A DNA stretch of 64,000 nt from Octopus sinensis (taxonomy: Eukaryota). The translations under genes were made by a program, and so were the position numbers. Shown here one piece after another: positions 22,021-34,563 of the stretch; positions within the stretch are counted from its first letter, which is position 1; each line of letters begins with the position of its first letter. Below the pieces are notes generated by a model, which was given only the letters and a program-made list of their open reading frames with translations, did not search any database and was not told the origin of the DNA. The stretch spans positions 310,001 through 374,000 of the forward strand of contig NW_021832430.1 of the NCBI RefSeq assembly GCF_006345805.1. The letters run 5' to 3'.

Positions 22021-23758
22021 TATTTTTTTTTGAATTGTTATTCATTTTATTACCAAAAACAACTAACACCGAAAATCGTTAAGTTCCAGCGGCGAGGACG
22101 CAGTGTGCGTTGCCCCGAACAATGGCCAGGCCGATGCGCTGGCGGAACCAGAGGCCCTCTCTCGAGTCCTTGAGCCTCCTCCCGATGGACTTCCCGACCT
22201 CTTTGAGGAACGAGTCAGTCTCCTTTCCTGCAACTCCAGCGGTCTCCAGGGCGATTGCCGTAACGCGGTAGCGGTCTGCGAGCGAAGAATATTTGTGTAT
22301 TTTGATCTTTTCGGCGTGGTTTGCAGCCGAACAAGGGTTTGCCGCAGAAGAATGGATCCTCGATTTCGAAAAGGTATCCACAACGGTGACATCCCATACG
22401 AGGGCCTTCCCCGACGAGTACGGGAATATTGTCATCCCGTCAGGCCTTTTGCCATCTCCCCGATCGAGTCCGACCGGTTCGAGGAGGCACGAATGGCCCG
22501 CCATTTCGAGGCCGGCCTTCACGATTTCATTGAGGGCCTTGTGTCTGTGTTCCCTGCCTGCGCTCCTCTTGCAGGAAAGTGGGTGCAGTCCCTTTTCGTC
22601 AACGTTCTCACCGCATCTGCAGCGGTGTTTTGCACAAACATCCAGGCCGAGACGGTGAGCCACTCCGATGCGTATGGCAGCATCGTCTAGCAACGTCCCG
22701 ATGCTGGAGAGAGGAAGAGCATTCAGCCAGCTGCCAGAGTGAGGGGCGGATGCCGCACGAAGGCATGCCAGGCGGTGTTGATCAAGGGTTGCAGAGAGCT
22801 CAGACACACGCGCTCGGCATGCAATAGAGTCCCAGGCACGTTGGGAGGAGAAATCTTCGGGCCTCTCAGAAAAGGAGCGATCCCAGGTAGTGAGCCCATC
22901 CGAAAAAGCACCATCCAGGCAAGATCCGAAAGATTTGAGTAGGATCTCAGAGGCCAGGTTGTTGCACATCGAAAGGGAGGATAGATATGCCGGAAGTGCC
23001 ACATCGGATGCAGTGCGGATTCCCGCACCTCCGAATCTCAATGGGAGCGAGCATTGGGCCCATCCAGGACCATCGAGGTGTACATTGAGGACGGATTCGG
23101 CAGTCTTTTTCAGGATTACGTCGTATGCGGCGAGTAGGTCCATATGCAGGAAGCAGGGATTGCTCCTGAGGGTGAAAATGAGTTTCGGCATATAAATGCT
23201 GTTCTTCAAAAGGAAAAAGGCAGTGTGCGAGTCCAAGATAGAAAGATTTGTTGAAAGTCTTTGGAAGTGTTCGGCTTTGGCGGAAAGCATGCATTGGAGC
23301 TTCGTGTCGGACAGGGATCCCCCGAGAAAGGTGACATCATCGATTGGGGTAACGTTCGCACAAGGCAGGGTTGCTCTGAGGCGGGCCACAGCGGATCGGA
23401 AGTCGGCCTCCGAACACGAGACATTAATGATCTCGGTCTTCTTCGCGTTGACCGAGAGGCCGAGGGTAGCCAGTGCTGGTACGATGTGTTCGACATCCCG
23501 AATAACGTGGTCAGCATGGCCACCCAATGTGGCATCATCAAGATACCACAGATTGAATTGAGGGACAGCAAGGCGAGCTGCCTCATCGATTGTCATCGCG
23601 AAGAGGAGTGGCCCTAGCGGATCACCCTGTTGCACGCCGGTCTCCGAACGGATGATCTCATTCCCGTATACAAGACTGCTCTCCGAGCCGTAGGCAAGCG
23701 AGACAAGATTGAAAAGACAATTCAAGACAATTCAAAATGAAGGGAAGGGACAATTCAA
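22021..23758 (-). mobile_element. 5'-truncated CRE-like retrotransposon (RT, CCHC, RLE; open 548-aa ORF 22079-23725), A-tail, 25-bp TSD
   Basis: GVQQGDPLGPLLF, WYLDD, CRCG..H.LSC..RH..LN, RPDG, ETAG. T9 run at 22023-22031. AATTCAAAATGAAGGGGTTATTTGA at 21996-22020 and 23759-23783. Confidence 0.95.
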
Positions 23759-23783
23759 AATTCAAAATGAAGGGGTTATTTGA

Positions 23784-23960
23784 TTAGTTTGGTTATTGGC
23801 ATATGGCAAGGGAATTATTTTTGACTATAGCCAACGAGATTCGCTTAGCTCTCTGGTGCTTGATAAGTCGCCGGTAACCCTTTCCGTAAGTGATCCGATG
23901 TGTTGTAGCAGGCCACGAGTGGAAGCCCCCTGTATTCCAGACGTCTTGAATGCTAGGGGG
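23784..23960 (-). mobile_element. Older CRE-like 3' end (same family as 50640-51975) whose 3' UTR received the 22021-23758 insertion
   Basis: KRISLAIVKNNSLAICQ*; DNA similar to 50690-50850. Confidence 0.7.
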
Positions 23961-23984
23961 GGTAACTGACACAAATATAACTAT

Positions 23985-24100
23985 CTTCTTGGAGTGAAGG
24001 CCTGTCAGTTGATTTCTTTTGTGGGTTATTGTTTTAGACTCTAGAAAGACCAAAGGGTTGTTTTAGCGTATCTCTTTAACAATTGTAAGCAGAAATTGTA
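23985..24100. repeat. Dispersed ~110-bp repeat, second copy at about 29060-29180
   Basis: GGAGTGAAGGCCTGT..TTGATTTCTTTTGT...TGTTTTAGCGTAT..TTTAACAATT shared. Origin unresolved; a pogo-like TIR start (CAGTCAAACCTC) lies at about 24200. Confidence 0.6.
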
Positions 24101-24339
24101 TTCAATTCAAAGCCCCTAAAAGTATTCGCTTTTCTTGTCTATTAATTTTCTTTAATGTTGTTTCAGAAAGAAAAAATAGGAATACAAAAATATAGTATTC
24201 AGTCAAACCTCTATTGCTCGCTACATTTTTTAAAAAGGATTTTTCATTATTACAAAAAACCTTTGGTTGAACTAACAGTAAACAATACGAACAGACTATG
24301 TTAAATTTCATTTTCCTTAACCACATAACTTGTTTTCGT

Positions 24340-24655
24340 TCTCTGGGATGACCACCTTTCCTTTTCAGAGAGGAAAGTGTCTGGTTTGGGACGTCACGTG
24401 CGTGAACTCCTTTCCCAATCGGAATATCAAATTGAGTATCGAAAATCCGGGAGCCCCGTCTGAACGTGCTGAGAAGAGAAAGAGTGAGAAATACGCTGGA
24501 ATTGGGAATGGCAGAGTGTTTGTCCCCCTTGCTGTTGAGACTTTAGGAATACAGGAGCCTACTCCTGCGAATTGGCTCACTAATCGAAAGGGTTACCAGC
24601 GACCCGTCTGAGCACCGGTATTTAACAGGACGAATAGGCATAGTCAGAGGCAATA
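24340..24655 (+). mobile_element. CRE-like RLE fragment
   Basis: GMTTFPFQRGKCLVWDVTC...AEKRKSEKY...VPLAVET; small internal deletions relative to 50690-50920. Confidence 0.85.
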
Positions 24656-25269
24656 AATTAAAAAAAAGTTCTCTCGGTTTCGCGTTAGATAAAAAAAAGT
24701 CGTCAAATTTATCTATAACGAAAAAAGGGAAACAGTGAAATTAATAAAAATCTGCCAATAAGTCTAAGTTGAAATTTCTTTGTATTTAGCTTCGATTCAG
24801 CAATCGCTTTATTGTTCAGATATATCAGTTTGTTGACTGTATCGAGTAATGCAGAATCTTGAGTACATCCAAAATGACAGATTTGGTTTAGTTTGGGTCT
24901 GTTTGCTTATCAGAATCTGAGTCACTGTCATTATCCTCAGAAGCTGAGACCGTCTGGTATTGCTCGACTAAGGATGATTCCAATCTTTGGAATTTCCAGT
25001 ACGTAGTTTCAAGTCTAAGTTGAGCAATTCTTTTTCTGTAATTGGATCATTGACTAGTCTATTTATGAGGGATATGAACAGTAAATTGTTTTCAGGGTTG
25101 TCTTTTGTATCATATATTTTGACTTTAATGCCACACTTATTAAACCAGAGGGAGATTGTCTTTGATTTCACATCTATCCAAGCTGTGCTAATTCATCAGA
25201 TAGCATCTAAGAGAGAAATTTTTCAATTTTAACTCCTTATTCATTAAATCAATTGATTCAATTTATTGA

Positions 25270-25560
25270 GAATGCCCTAAAATCCAACATCAACATTCAA
25301 CGGCGTTGTTATGCGAATTACAAAAGAGCTTCCTCGGACGACTACCGTCTCACGCCTCATTAAACCACTACGCACATAAAATGGACATCTCGATCTCCCC
25401 CTTTTGTCCCATTTGGTGTGCTCACGAACACATAACTGCCCATCTATACCGCTGTCCTGGTCTTCTTTCGCTCGGCAAAAAATTGTCATTCATTCCCCGG
25501 AGGTCCTATTGGGAGCAACCTGGGAGGGCGCTGTTGTTTCTGCAAGCTGCTGGTCTCATA
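25270..25560 (-). mobile_element. Highly degenerate CRE-like RLE remnant
   Basis: AERKK..., YVFV, VVVRGSSFVI pieces across frames. Confidence 0.4.
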
Positions 25561-25729
25561 ATCTAATGTAAGATCGGGGTTACACAACAACAACTAATGT
25601 GAGGTAGGTTGGCCATCTCATGTAAAACTCATTCGAATGGTGTTTTAACTAAAAGATCAGGTTGCATAGTTTCTTTATGAAAATGATATTGAAGATGCAG
25701 AATTGTTCAAAATGATAACTTTATTGTCA

Positions 25730-26070
25730 AAGTTGTCTATTTGATTGAAATTTTCGAGCGGATACCACCGAATCGTAGAGATAACATTGCACAACTAAGT
25801 TTGTCTCCAGAGAAGTTAACATTGAGTAATTTCTTGACAGACTTCCAGATAATAAAATCCAGGTCAGACAACAAGTCGAATTCCAAGAAATACGGGGATG
25901 AACGGAGTCCTGTGTGTGTATTCTGCGGAAGCACAAGAGGCATCCCAAGCCAGCAACTTTCTGCGGCGACTGACTCCGAGTCCATAGGAGATTCGGTAAC
26001 TGGTTGGAGAATCTCTTGGACAAGGGTGCTCGTGGCATGTGTAGAAGAAAAATTTTGTTCTAAGATTTAA
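25730..26070 (-). mobile_element. Rearranged CRE-like fragment (thumb region)
   Basis: 25980-26050 is near-identical to 49520-49590; joined to an LRSSPYF...LRFGGI segment that normally lies upstream. Confidence 0.7.
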
Positions 26071-26579
26071 ACATAATTTGCAGCCGTCATAATCCCATCA
26101 ATAAAAACGAGCCGGCTTACTCCTTTAGACAAAATACAGCCACCGGCTAGAACACTTCCACCCCTAAATTTATCGCGGGTATAATGTTCGCCAAACAAAA
26201 TCTTTCACCGTAAAAATATCTAACACTATTTCTTTTATTTGATGAAAATAACTTGAATTTTGTTTTATTGGAGAAAATAATTTTGCTTAGTAAGTTTCTG
26301 ACCCTTGGGTTTGAACCTCTTTAAGAAGTGCTGCTGTATGGTCCTTATGAAACCTGGAGGTCTTTGTGTCCCCGAGCTGTGTCCAAAGAAAGGACGCCTT
26401 TTTCAAAAGAGTAGTCACATTAGAGTAGGTTTAAAAGTACGTGGAAGACAGTGCAACGATGATTCAAGAGGTTGACCTAGAAAGCTCGACAGAAATAAGC
26501 GATGATCTATTAACTGAAACAGAATTTTAAAAAATCTAGATTTATAATAAATTTTCTACAATTAATTGTCTTTTTCCGC

Positions 26580-26740
26580 GAGAATTCCTGGCCTCAGCCT
26601 AGTGTCTCGAAACTCAAAAAAGACTATCACTTTTTCGACATGTTTTGCGTTCACTTTCGCCTCTATAACGGAGGCATCTTTTGATTCCTTCCACTGGAAC
26701 TGGCGTGCCAATACGAATGACTGAAACACTAAATTGATTA
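26580..26740 (-). mobile_element. Degenerate CRE-like RLE remnant
   Basis: ASVIEAKVNAKH...FLSFETLG resembles AAxxAExxKxxKY...FxPxAFETxG. Confidence 0.4.
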
Positions 26741-27389
26741 TCGCTTTATTCTAGGACAGGAACAAAAGCACAGAATCTTTCAAACTTGTTATTTTTTTAC
26801 CTTTTTACAACGTGATTGAGCGATTCATGCAGTGGCAACGTGTTCAATTAGTCCGTTATTTTTGTATTTATATTTTGAATTTGCGCAAAATATAAATGTT
26901 TTTCTTGGTCTTGATAATCTGCACGATACTGCCTTCAGTCTATTTAGAGACCGAAGTTAATGTATTGCTTTTATGGTTTTCTAGTTATAGAAGGCCTTCG
27001 ACAAAGTAAAGGACGCTTTTGGTAATGATGTCACAAAAGGTAGTATGTAATAAATATTCAGGAAATCAAAAATTCAACATCGGTTTCCTAATTCCGACAC
27101 TGACAGTAGTCCTAATGGTTGCCTATTTTGACTGAATTAATTTAATATTGGTTGTTTCCTTTTAAAATTCTCATTTGTTTAATTTATGTCAGCTTTCTTT
27201 AGCATCTTTAATTTTAAAACATGGTTATTCCAATCATGTATAGCTTTTCAGCAAATTTATTTTGAAACCTAAACCAGAATTTGACAAAAATATTTATTTC
27301 TGATGTTGATTTTCTAGACCATTTTTATATGCTGCTAAAAAGATAACACGAATTTTGAATGCGAAATTCTAAGAAAACCTAATTATCAT

Positions 27390-28890
27390 GTCAGAATGCG
27401 GTATTCAGCAGGGTTTGTCCTCTTTGTTGACCATATTAGACTGAACGTATCGTCCAGTGTTAACTTTTGGTACTTGGATGACTTTACGATTAGTGAACAC
27501 ACCGAAGTCGTTATGAAAGACATAAACAAAATCACTTCCAGTTTTTCAAAGAGCTGACTATCTCTAAACAGCGGCAAATGCAAACCCGCCGATATTTGTA
27601 TTGTCCCCGCCGCTCTCTGCCACACATTCTTATCTCTTTGCAGCCTGATTGATGGGTTAAGGATTACGTCTACCAGCGATCTAGATATCTTAAGTTCTCT
27701 CATTTCCGCCGATGGCATAGTAAAAGCCTTATCGTCTAAATGGGCCGAAACCAAACTCCTTACTTATCGGATCCGTAAGCTTGGCTCACATCTGGCGTTT
27801 TTCCTATTAAAGAACTTTTTTTCGGTCCCAGACTGACCTACATTCTCTGATCTTCCCTGTTTTGTTGCCGCTGATTCATTATCAAGAATCGACAATCTCG
27901 TCCACGAATTCTTAACATTCCATTTCAATTCAAGGATCACTGATGACGGTTTTACTCATGCCAGCCTACTCACATGTTTCAGGGGGATCGGGATCCACTC
28001 ATTTACAAACCTGCTCGTGCCTTGCCATCTTTCTTCCACGTCGGCTTCCAAGAATTCCCTCGAACTTAACGAGTTTTCGGACTACACTCTGCTTCCTGTG
28101 CTTGGTGCCTACTTGGCCTTGATTTTCTTGCGATTCCTTCAGTCCAAAGGGGCTGGAACGAAATCTGCCTAAATAAATTACGCAAATTTCGTTCAAAGTC
28201 AGAAAAACTCCAACTGGCCTCACGAAACTGCGCTTGTCAGCCGCATACGGGAGACTGGCTCAAAACACTCCCTATCCTCACCACGAGATTAATACTGGAT
28301 GATGAGTCCTTACGAATGTGTATCTGTTTACGCTTGGGCTTTAACATCTGTTAATCCCACCCTTACCGGTGTGGGTCCACAATTTTGTCTAACGGCTTGC
28401 ACACATTGTTGTTTAAGAAGAGTGCCAGTAGAATTCCTAGCCACACTCAACTTGATAGCGCTGTCAGGAGGAGTCTAGAGTCGGCTGGTTTCCCTTACAC
28501 TCCAGAGCGTTGCCTTTTCCGGAGCGACGGCAAGCGTTCCAACGAGATGACGACCCTTTCTTTCTGAGAAGAAGACGTCATCTGCGTCGACTCTTTTTCG
28601 GCAATGATGCTACTCAAGACTTGCAGCAACCCAGGCTCCGGCAGTGGTCAGGAGGAAAAAAAGAGGACAAAATACCTGTGTATTCTGAACTCTTTTGAGT
28701 TTGCTTCTTTGCCTTCAAAACCTCAGGAATTGTCGCCAAGGCCGCGACTCAATTCCTCACTGACATTAGTAAGAGAATCTCCTCGAAAACAAACGACCTT
28801 AGAGAGACGAGCTAGCTGTTTCAGCAAATCTCGGTCGCCGTGCTTCGCGGAAACTGCCATTCAATACGCAGCGTAGCGTCGTTGAGCTGA
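27390..28890 (+). mobile_element. Degenerate CRE-like retrotransposon (RT to RLE)
   Basis: CGIQQG, FWYLDD, GKCK, SHTQLDSAVRRSLESAGFP, RSDGKRS, across many frameshifts. Confidence 0.75.
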
Positions 28891-29219
28891 TCCCTAGGCT
28901 CTTGACTACTTTTTCAGCCACTTATTCTAGCTAGCATCTAAATTTGATATCGCATTGATTTGATTAAAAATCAAATTCTAAGAAAATTTTTAATTCTGGT
29001 AAAAAAATTTTTCTAGTCAACGAAATAAATTATTATTAACAGACAAAAATATAACCATTTTCTCGGAGTGAAGGCCTGTGAATTGATTTCTTTTGTCGTT
29101 TATTGTCTCAAAAAGAACTTGAGACTCCAGAGAGACCAGGGGATTGTTTTAGCGTATTTTTTAACAATTATACGCGGAAATTACATTGCGCATGTTTGAC
29201 ATTGCTGATCTTAACAGGA

Positions 29220-29560
29220 ATATTCTACAAAAGTATCCCTTTAAAAAGTGCTTGTCAAAAAGCTGAATTTAAAAAATGGCCTTATGTTTACGTATTTTGG
29301 GTGGAAAAATGTTACACAACAAACAATTGCCAATTGTTTTAAGCATGCCAAATGGATTACTTGTGAAAATCAAATGCGAGAAACATATATAAAAATTAAT
29401 AATTACGATAAAATGATTGTAACGCTTAAAATTCTTGATTCGATAAAACAAACGGAATTTATTAATCATAGTTATACTGAAATGAATGAAATTATAGAAT
29501 TTCTCATTAATTATTATTTATTAATAAGCACACCGCAAAATAACGTTAGTAAAGTTATCT
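29220..29560 (+). mobile_element. pogo/Tigger transposase C-terminal remnant
   Basis: GWKNVTQQTIANCFKHAKW matches the pogo AWxxVTxxTIxNCF motif. Confidence 0.6.
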
Positions 29561-29579
29561 CGCTTGAGCCACCCTCTCC

Positions 29580-29960
29580 TGGATGAGTTTTGTTAATTGC
29601 TTTCAAGTCTCTCTGTTCCTCGATAATTCCTTCAGGTGCTCGATATCGTCTGCTGATTTCAACTCTTTTCCAATCAAAGTTAGGTCTTGATGCAGAATGG
29701 TTGCTAGAGTAATTCGTGGTCTTCCTCGGAAGGTCGTTCCCGGATGAGGAGCGTAGTGGTGTTCCATTGCATTGCGAGATTTGCAGGATTTTTCCTGTCC
29801 ATTCTTAGAATGTGACCGAATAAGCCCCATCTATTACTTCTTATTTCTTCGTCCAACGGATATACATTGTACTTGGAGTAGAGATGCTGGTTTGATATGC
29901 GTTTTGGCCAAAAGATTCTTATGATGTATTTCAGCTGTATTCTATGAATATCTCATAGAG
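29580..29960 (-). mobile_element. RTE-like LINE 3' remnant
   Basis: RGRPRITLATILHQDL...ELKSADDIEHLKELSRNRE; upstream PLDEEIRSNRWG. Confidence 0.6.
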
Positions 29961-30054
29961 GAGTCAAAAAATAATTAATATTTTATCGAATAATTGCGTT
30001 GATTTAGTTTCAAATATTTTAATTTAATATATAAAAAATTTAAAAGGAGAAATA

Positions 30055-30370
30055 TTGACTTTACTAATGATTAGACTAAAAAATGGATGTCTGCAGGAGA
30101 CCAAAGTACAAACTGGATTGGATGAGTTACATGGGGACTACAGGCTTATTTTACTGCCATCGACATCAAGGCACTATGGACAGGGGTTTGCCGTACACAG
30201 GAAGCTTACACGTGGGATATTTCGGTGCTGGAGTGTTCCCGATAGAATCAGTGTCCTTCAAATCGTTTCAAGTGCCGTACGTGTGGAAATATAACTATTA
30301 TGTTTCTACGGAAGTTGCCGATAATAATAATAATGGACTAAAAAATAGCAGAGTTCTTCAAAATAGCTAA
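30055..30370 (+). mobile_element. RTE-like AP-endonuclease remnant
   Basis: CLQETK, HYGQGFAV, DRISVLQI; homologous to 44960-45530. Confidence 0.7.
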
Positions 30371-30504
30371 TTAAGTGTCAAGTGTCAGTTAATCTTAGTT
30401 TGTGGTTTTAATAAAATGAAGTTAATCTTAGTTGAAGGTTAATGTAACAGGCTGCCCATAGGTATCGCGTGGCCCATGTGACAGCATACTGTTTCTAAAT
30501 ACCT

Positions 30505-31853
30505 GCGCAGCAAAAATTACTCTTTGGAAGTTTCTCTATAAAATAACATAATTTAATTTATTAAGTGAGAATCTTTGTGACAGGGATCGCCAAGTTTTCT
30601 TTCAAGTTAGCGACCGGGATCTCAAAGAAACGCATATACATATACCTTTGTGCGAAATTAAAATGAGTTCGATTTCAAAATTAAAAACACAAATAGACCT
30701 GTCAAGTTCAAGAATTTGGTTAAATGCCTTATAACTGGGCAGTTGATCATGCGATGCAAAGTGCTTTAAAATGCTATAAAATAAATTAACTTATTAATTA
30801 AGCAGATGATGAAAAATTTGCCAATCTACGTTTTTAAAAAATTAAAATCTTCGTTCCGAATATTCGCATATATTCTGATTTTACGCGAATATTTGAATGT
30901 TGTCTTTGACTATGTTAATAATTCTGCACTTAATCTATTGTATTAAATAAGATAAATAATATTTTATTTAGCAGCCAACGTCGGTTCTGACATTAATGTA
31001 TTTATTTGGCAGTTTTATAAATATAGAATGCTTTCGGTGATATACAAAAATTCTTTGATAATTCCTTTAAAAAAGGTTATGTTTGCAATAAATATTCAAG
31101 GAAATCAAAATTCCAACATTTGTTTTTTAATTCCGACATTCACAGTGATGCTGGTCGTGGCATATTTGTAACATCATTTACTTAGTATTGTCTCATTTCG
31201 GTTTCTAACTTTCGCTTGTTTAATTTATGTCAGTTTTTCTTGGCGTTTTAAGCTTTAAATATAATTATTCTTATCTGTTGTGTCTTTTAGTTAATAATTG
31301 AATAAATGATGTATTTTTTTGTTGGAAAACTCTGTTGGATGTCCGTTTTCAAAAGTGAACATAAATAATAATAAAGACAAAAAAGAAGCATTTATCATAT
31401 GAAATAATTTGGGAAGCAACATTACTGTTGTGCTTAAAACCAATAATCCTTCGATCGGAGCTATGAAGATTTTCAACACGTTATGCAACATAAAATCTAT
31501 CAAAAATGCACAAGTTTCTTGCCGACAGTCTGAAGAGTTTCTACTGAATTTCAAAATCAAAAAGATGTGGAACTATCATTATTCACGGATACAGCTCAAT
31601 GATGTACCTTGGCATCATGGTGCTAAAGTTGGGACAAGAACATCAATATTTTACAAAAAAATCTATTGATATTCGGAATCCTGATTAGCTAACTGTAACA
31701 CACACTTTTGAATAAATAATTAATATTTCTACGTAAATTGTTCTAAACTCGCTGTCAATTGGTGGGCAAGTGTGTTAATAATTGTTCTAATTCTCTTATA
31801 AGTGGTTAAGTGTTTTTCAAAATCTGTAATTGCACTCTATTCAAGTTCGTTTT
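30505..31853. repeat. ~1.35-kb dispersed repeat (uninterrupted copy), possibly a decayed hAT-like transposase on the - strand
   Basis: Aligns at high identity with 53322-53372, 53567-54577 and 58708-58990; partial third copy near 27050-27220. Weak RRWL and DWQIF..LFYS..SHDQLPS motifs. Confidence 0.8.
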
Positions 31854-32239
31854 AAGGGCTTGTGTTCGATTTCAACAAGCTACCTGTGCCCAAAAGCTCG
31901 GATTGGACTGTCAGATATTAGAGTTATTACGATTCTGCTAATCTGCGACTTGACAACGGCAAATCCATACGTAACTAATTTGGACACCAATATTGTCCTA
32001 CAATTGAAGGTGGCGGTCTTAATCTCTATAATCTTCTTGCGCTCCTACGTTATATGTCGGGCTGATGTGTGCGTCATTTTTTGAATCCTCTACCATTAAC
32101 TATCCTGGACACCCGATACAGACCTACTTTGGGAGGTGGTAGGCCTCATTACGGTCATGTGTCATAGGCTTTGCTTAGAAGGGCGGGCAGATGATTAATG
32201 CAGAATTTGTGAACTCCCTAATTGACTAACGCTGGCCCG

Positions 32240-34020
32240 AGACAGACGATGCAAACTTTGTCGGCTTCAGGAGCTGGGTAAATGTTTGGTCGACCTCAAG
32301 CTGATTTAATCAGTAAGCTCAAAAGATCTATTAATGATGTGACCAAAGTAAAAAAGATGCCAGGTTTTTATTTGATTTGGTGGCTCTCCTAAAAGAGGGA
32401 AGCAGTCACCAAATAAATCAAATGTAACCAGGATTACTCTGGTTAATGCCCGCTCTCCTCAAAAGCGGATGAATTTATTTATCGTTTATTTTCTTTTAAA
32501 GCACAGTTCGGATGAATTTATTTATCGTTAACGAGACGAAAATCAAGAGTCTGAGAGTACAGTGCGACCTCGAATTTTGGAAAACTAAGTAGCTGGGAAA
32601 CTTTCTTTTTGTAGAAAACTTTGCTTTGGAGAAATATTTTTGCCATTCCTGTAAAATACGACGATTTTCAGTAAAATAAAACCCCTATTGGAAATGTTCC
32701 TCAAGCATGGAAGAGGACAATTTTTTGCATGATTTCGAAGAAAAGAAAACCGAGTTCTGATTCTGCAAATTAAAGACAAATCGGTACTTTTGCATTTCAT
32801 CCTGCACGAAAATAGCCACTAAATGAATTAATGAAAATTTTTATGAATATTAAATCGAAAATTTAAAAAATTGAACTATGCCGATTTTGTAAATTTTATT
32901 TTTAAAAAAATTTGAATTTTTAACCGGCTTGTGGAGATGAATGATACAGTTGTCATGCGAAAATTTGCAAAACTGAAGGACTATGAACTTCCCCGTACTG
33001 AAATGGAGTCAGTTGCCTTCCTTCAAGAGGTTGGAATCTTTCCCAAAGAAAAAAATGTCAAAACAGACATTTTATGACCCTTCTCCAACAGCGGGAGAAT
33101 ACAACATGGGTGTGCCATAAAAGTGGGTGTCGAACATATAGTTCAAGTGAGCCATTTAGACAACTCCTTCGATGAGCTAATAGATGCCATTGTCAAATTT
33201 TGTCCCCCGAATATCACGCTTCGTAGTAACAGCTGACCTTTTTTGTTGTAATAAAGATTTTTTCACTGAGGGAATGATGATAAGCATCTTTATTAACCAA
33301 CAACTGTGTCTTTTTAGACAGGTGGTCGTTAATAGCTCAGATTTAATTTTGTCGGTATTGTTTTGACACCACTAAGCCTATAAAAAATTCAAATTTTTTT
33401 AAAAATAAAATTTATAAAATCGGCATAGTTCAATTTTTTAAATTTTCGATCTAATATTCATAAACATTTGCATTAATTCATTAAAGTGGCTATTTTCGTG
33501 CAGGATGAAATGCAAAAGTACCGACAAATCAGCCTTAAATATTCTATCCAAAAAATCATGGAAAAAATTGTTTTTAAAAATTGTCAACTTATATTGAAGA
33601 TAAAGAGTATTTTTTGCAAGAGCAATGGGAATTTTGGAGTAACAAAAATGCTGAAAATTGTTTTTCAGGGATAAAGGAGGCTATACTTACAGCACAAAGG
33701 AAAAAAGAATATCTTACAACCGCATGTCTAGACATGTCAAAAGCATTTGATAGCGCCTGCCATGCCTGGCTATTACGAACTTTATATAATTTTAACGTTG
33801 GAAAGACAGCCCTAGTTTGGATAAGGAGCCTCCTCTCGTGAAGAGGATCGTTTGTACGGGTCGGAAATTAATTGTTCCAAAGAATTTTGTCCAAGAGAGG
33901 AGTTCCACGTGGATCTGTCATCAGTCCACTTTTATTTAATTGTGTGATATATGAAATTCCTCAAGTGGATCATCCTAACTAGAGATGACTATTTACGCAG
34001 GTGATATTTCTATTTTACAG
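32240..34020 (+). mobile_element. Degenerate Jockey/I-like LINE (ORF2 start and RT) interrupted by a Merlin element
   Basis: ITLVNARS...FIVNETK, then ISKKRKPSSDSAN-RQISL..IMEKIV, CLDMSKAFD, GVPRGSVISPLLFN, YAGDI. Confidence 0.8.
32783..33522 (+). mobile_element. Non-autonomous Merlin (ISXO2/IS1595-like) DNA transposon, ~150-bp TIRs, 8-bp TSD
   Basis: Ends GGTACTTTTGCATTTCATCC / GGATGAAATGCAAAAGTACC; TSD GACAAATC at 32775-32782 and 33523-33530. Internal AFLQEVGIFPKEKKC..H.M.L...WVCHKSGCR zinc-ribbon remnant; DDE core missing. Confidence 0.88.
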
Positions 34021-34563
34021 ATTGAACTACTTAAACTATTTTGTATTTTTAAAAAATGGATTGAACAAGTGTGCTATATAATTCGGCTGTGCTAACTTTT
34101 AATTATATCTATTTTCATTAAAAAAATTTAGTCAATTGAGAAGTTTTGTTACGAAATTTGTAACTTAATAAATTGAAGTTCCGTTTGAAAGACCAAGTCA
34201 TAAAATTTAACAAAAAAATTTTACTTGACGCAAGTTTTGGTAATAATTACATGGGAAGGCGTATCGGCGATCAAGAATTTTTCTAGTTTTTGATAAATCG
34301 AATAACGGAATTTTTGAAATTGACACTAATAAAACAACAGACAGAGCAGACATCCCGATCCCCCAGTATTTATGATTTCTGTCAAATCTTTATAGAAATA
34401 ATATCGTTATGTAATTACGGGAACTAAAACATAAAAGTCAGCACATAAACATAATTTTTCATAAAACATTAAATCAACCCAAATGACTACAAACCCAAAA
34501 CAACACCCACAATAAAAAACCAAAACATATTATTAATGAGACAAAACAGACAGAAATGAACAC

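Noticed and set aside
22103-23617. Numerous long antisense and alternate-frame ORFs over CRE copies (also 46439-48007, 48908-49903, 56044-58326)
   Set aside because: Expected shadow ORFs of GC-rich coding sequence; no motifs.
31290-31560. IS4-like transposase motif (IFDRFY) in the 1.35-kb repeat
   Set aside because: Single short motif in a stop-ridden frame, with competing weak hAT-like motifs; not assignable.
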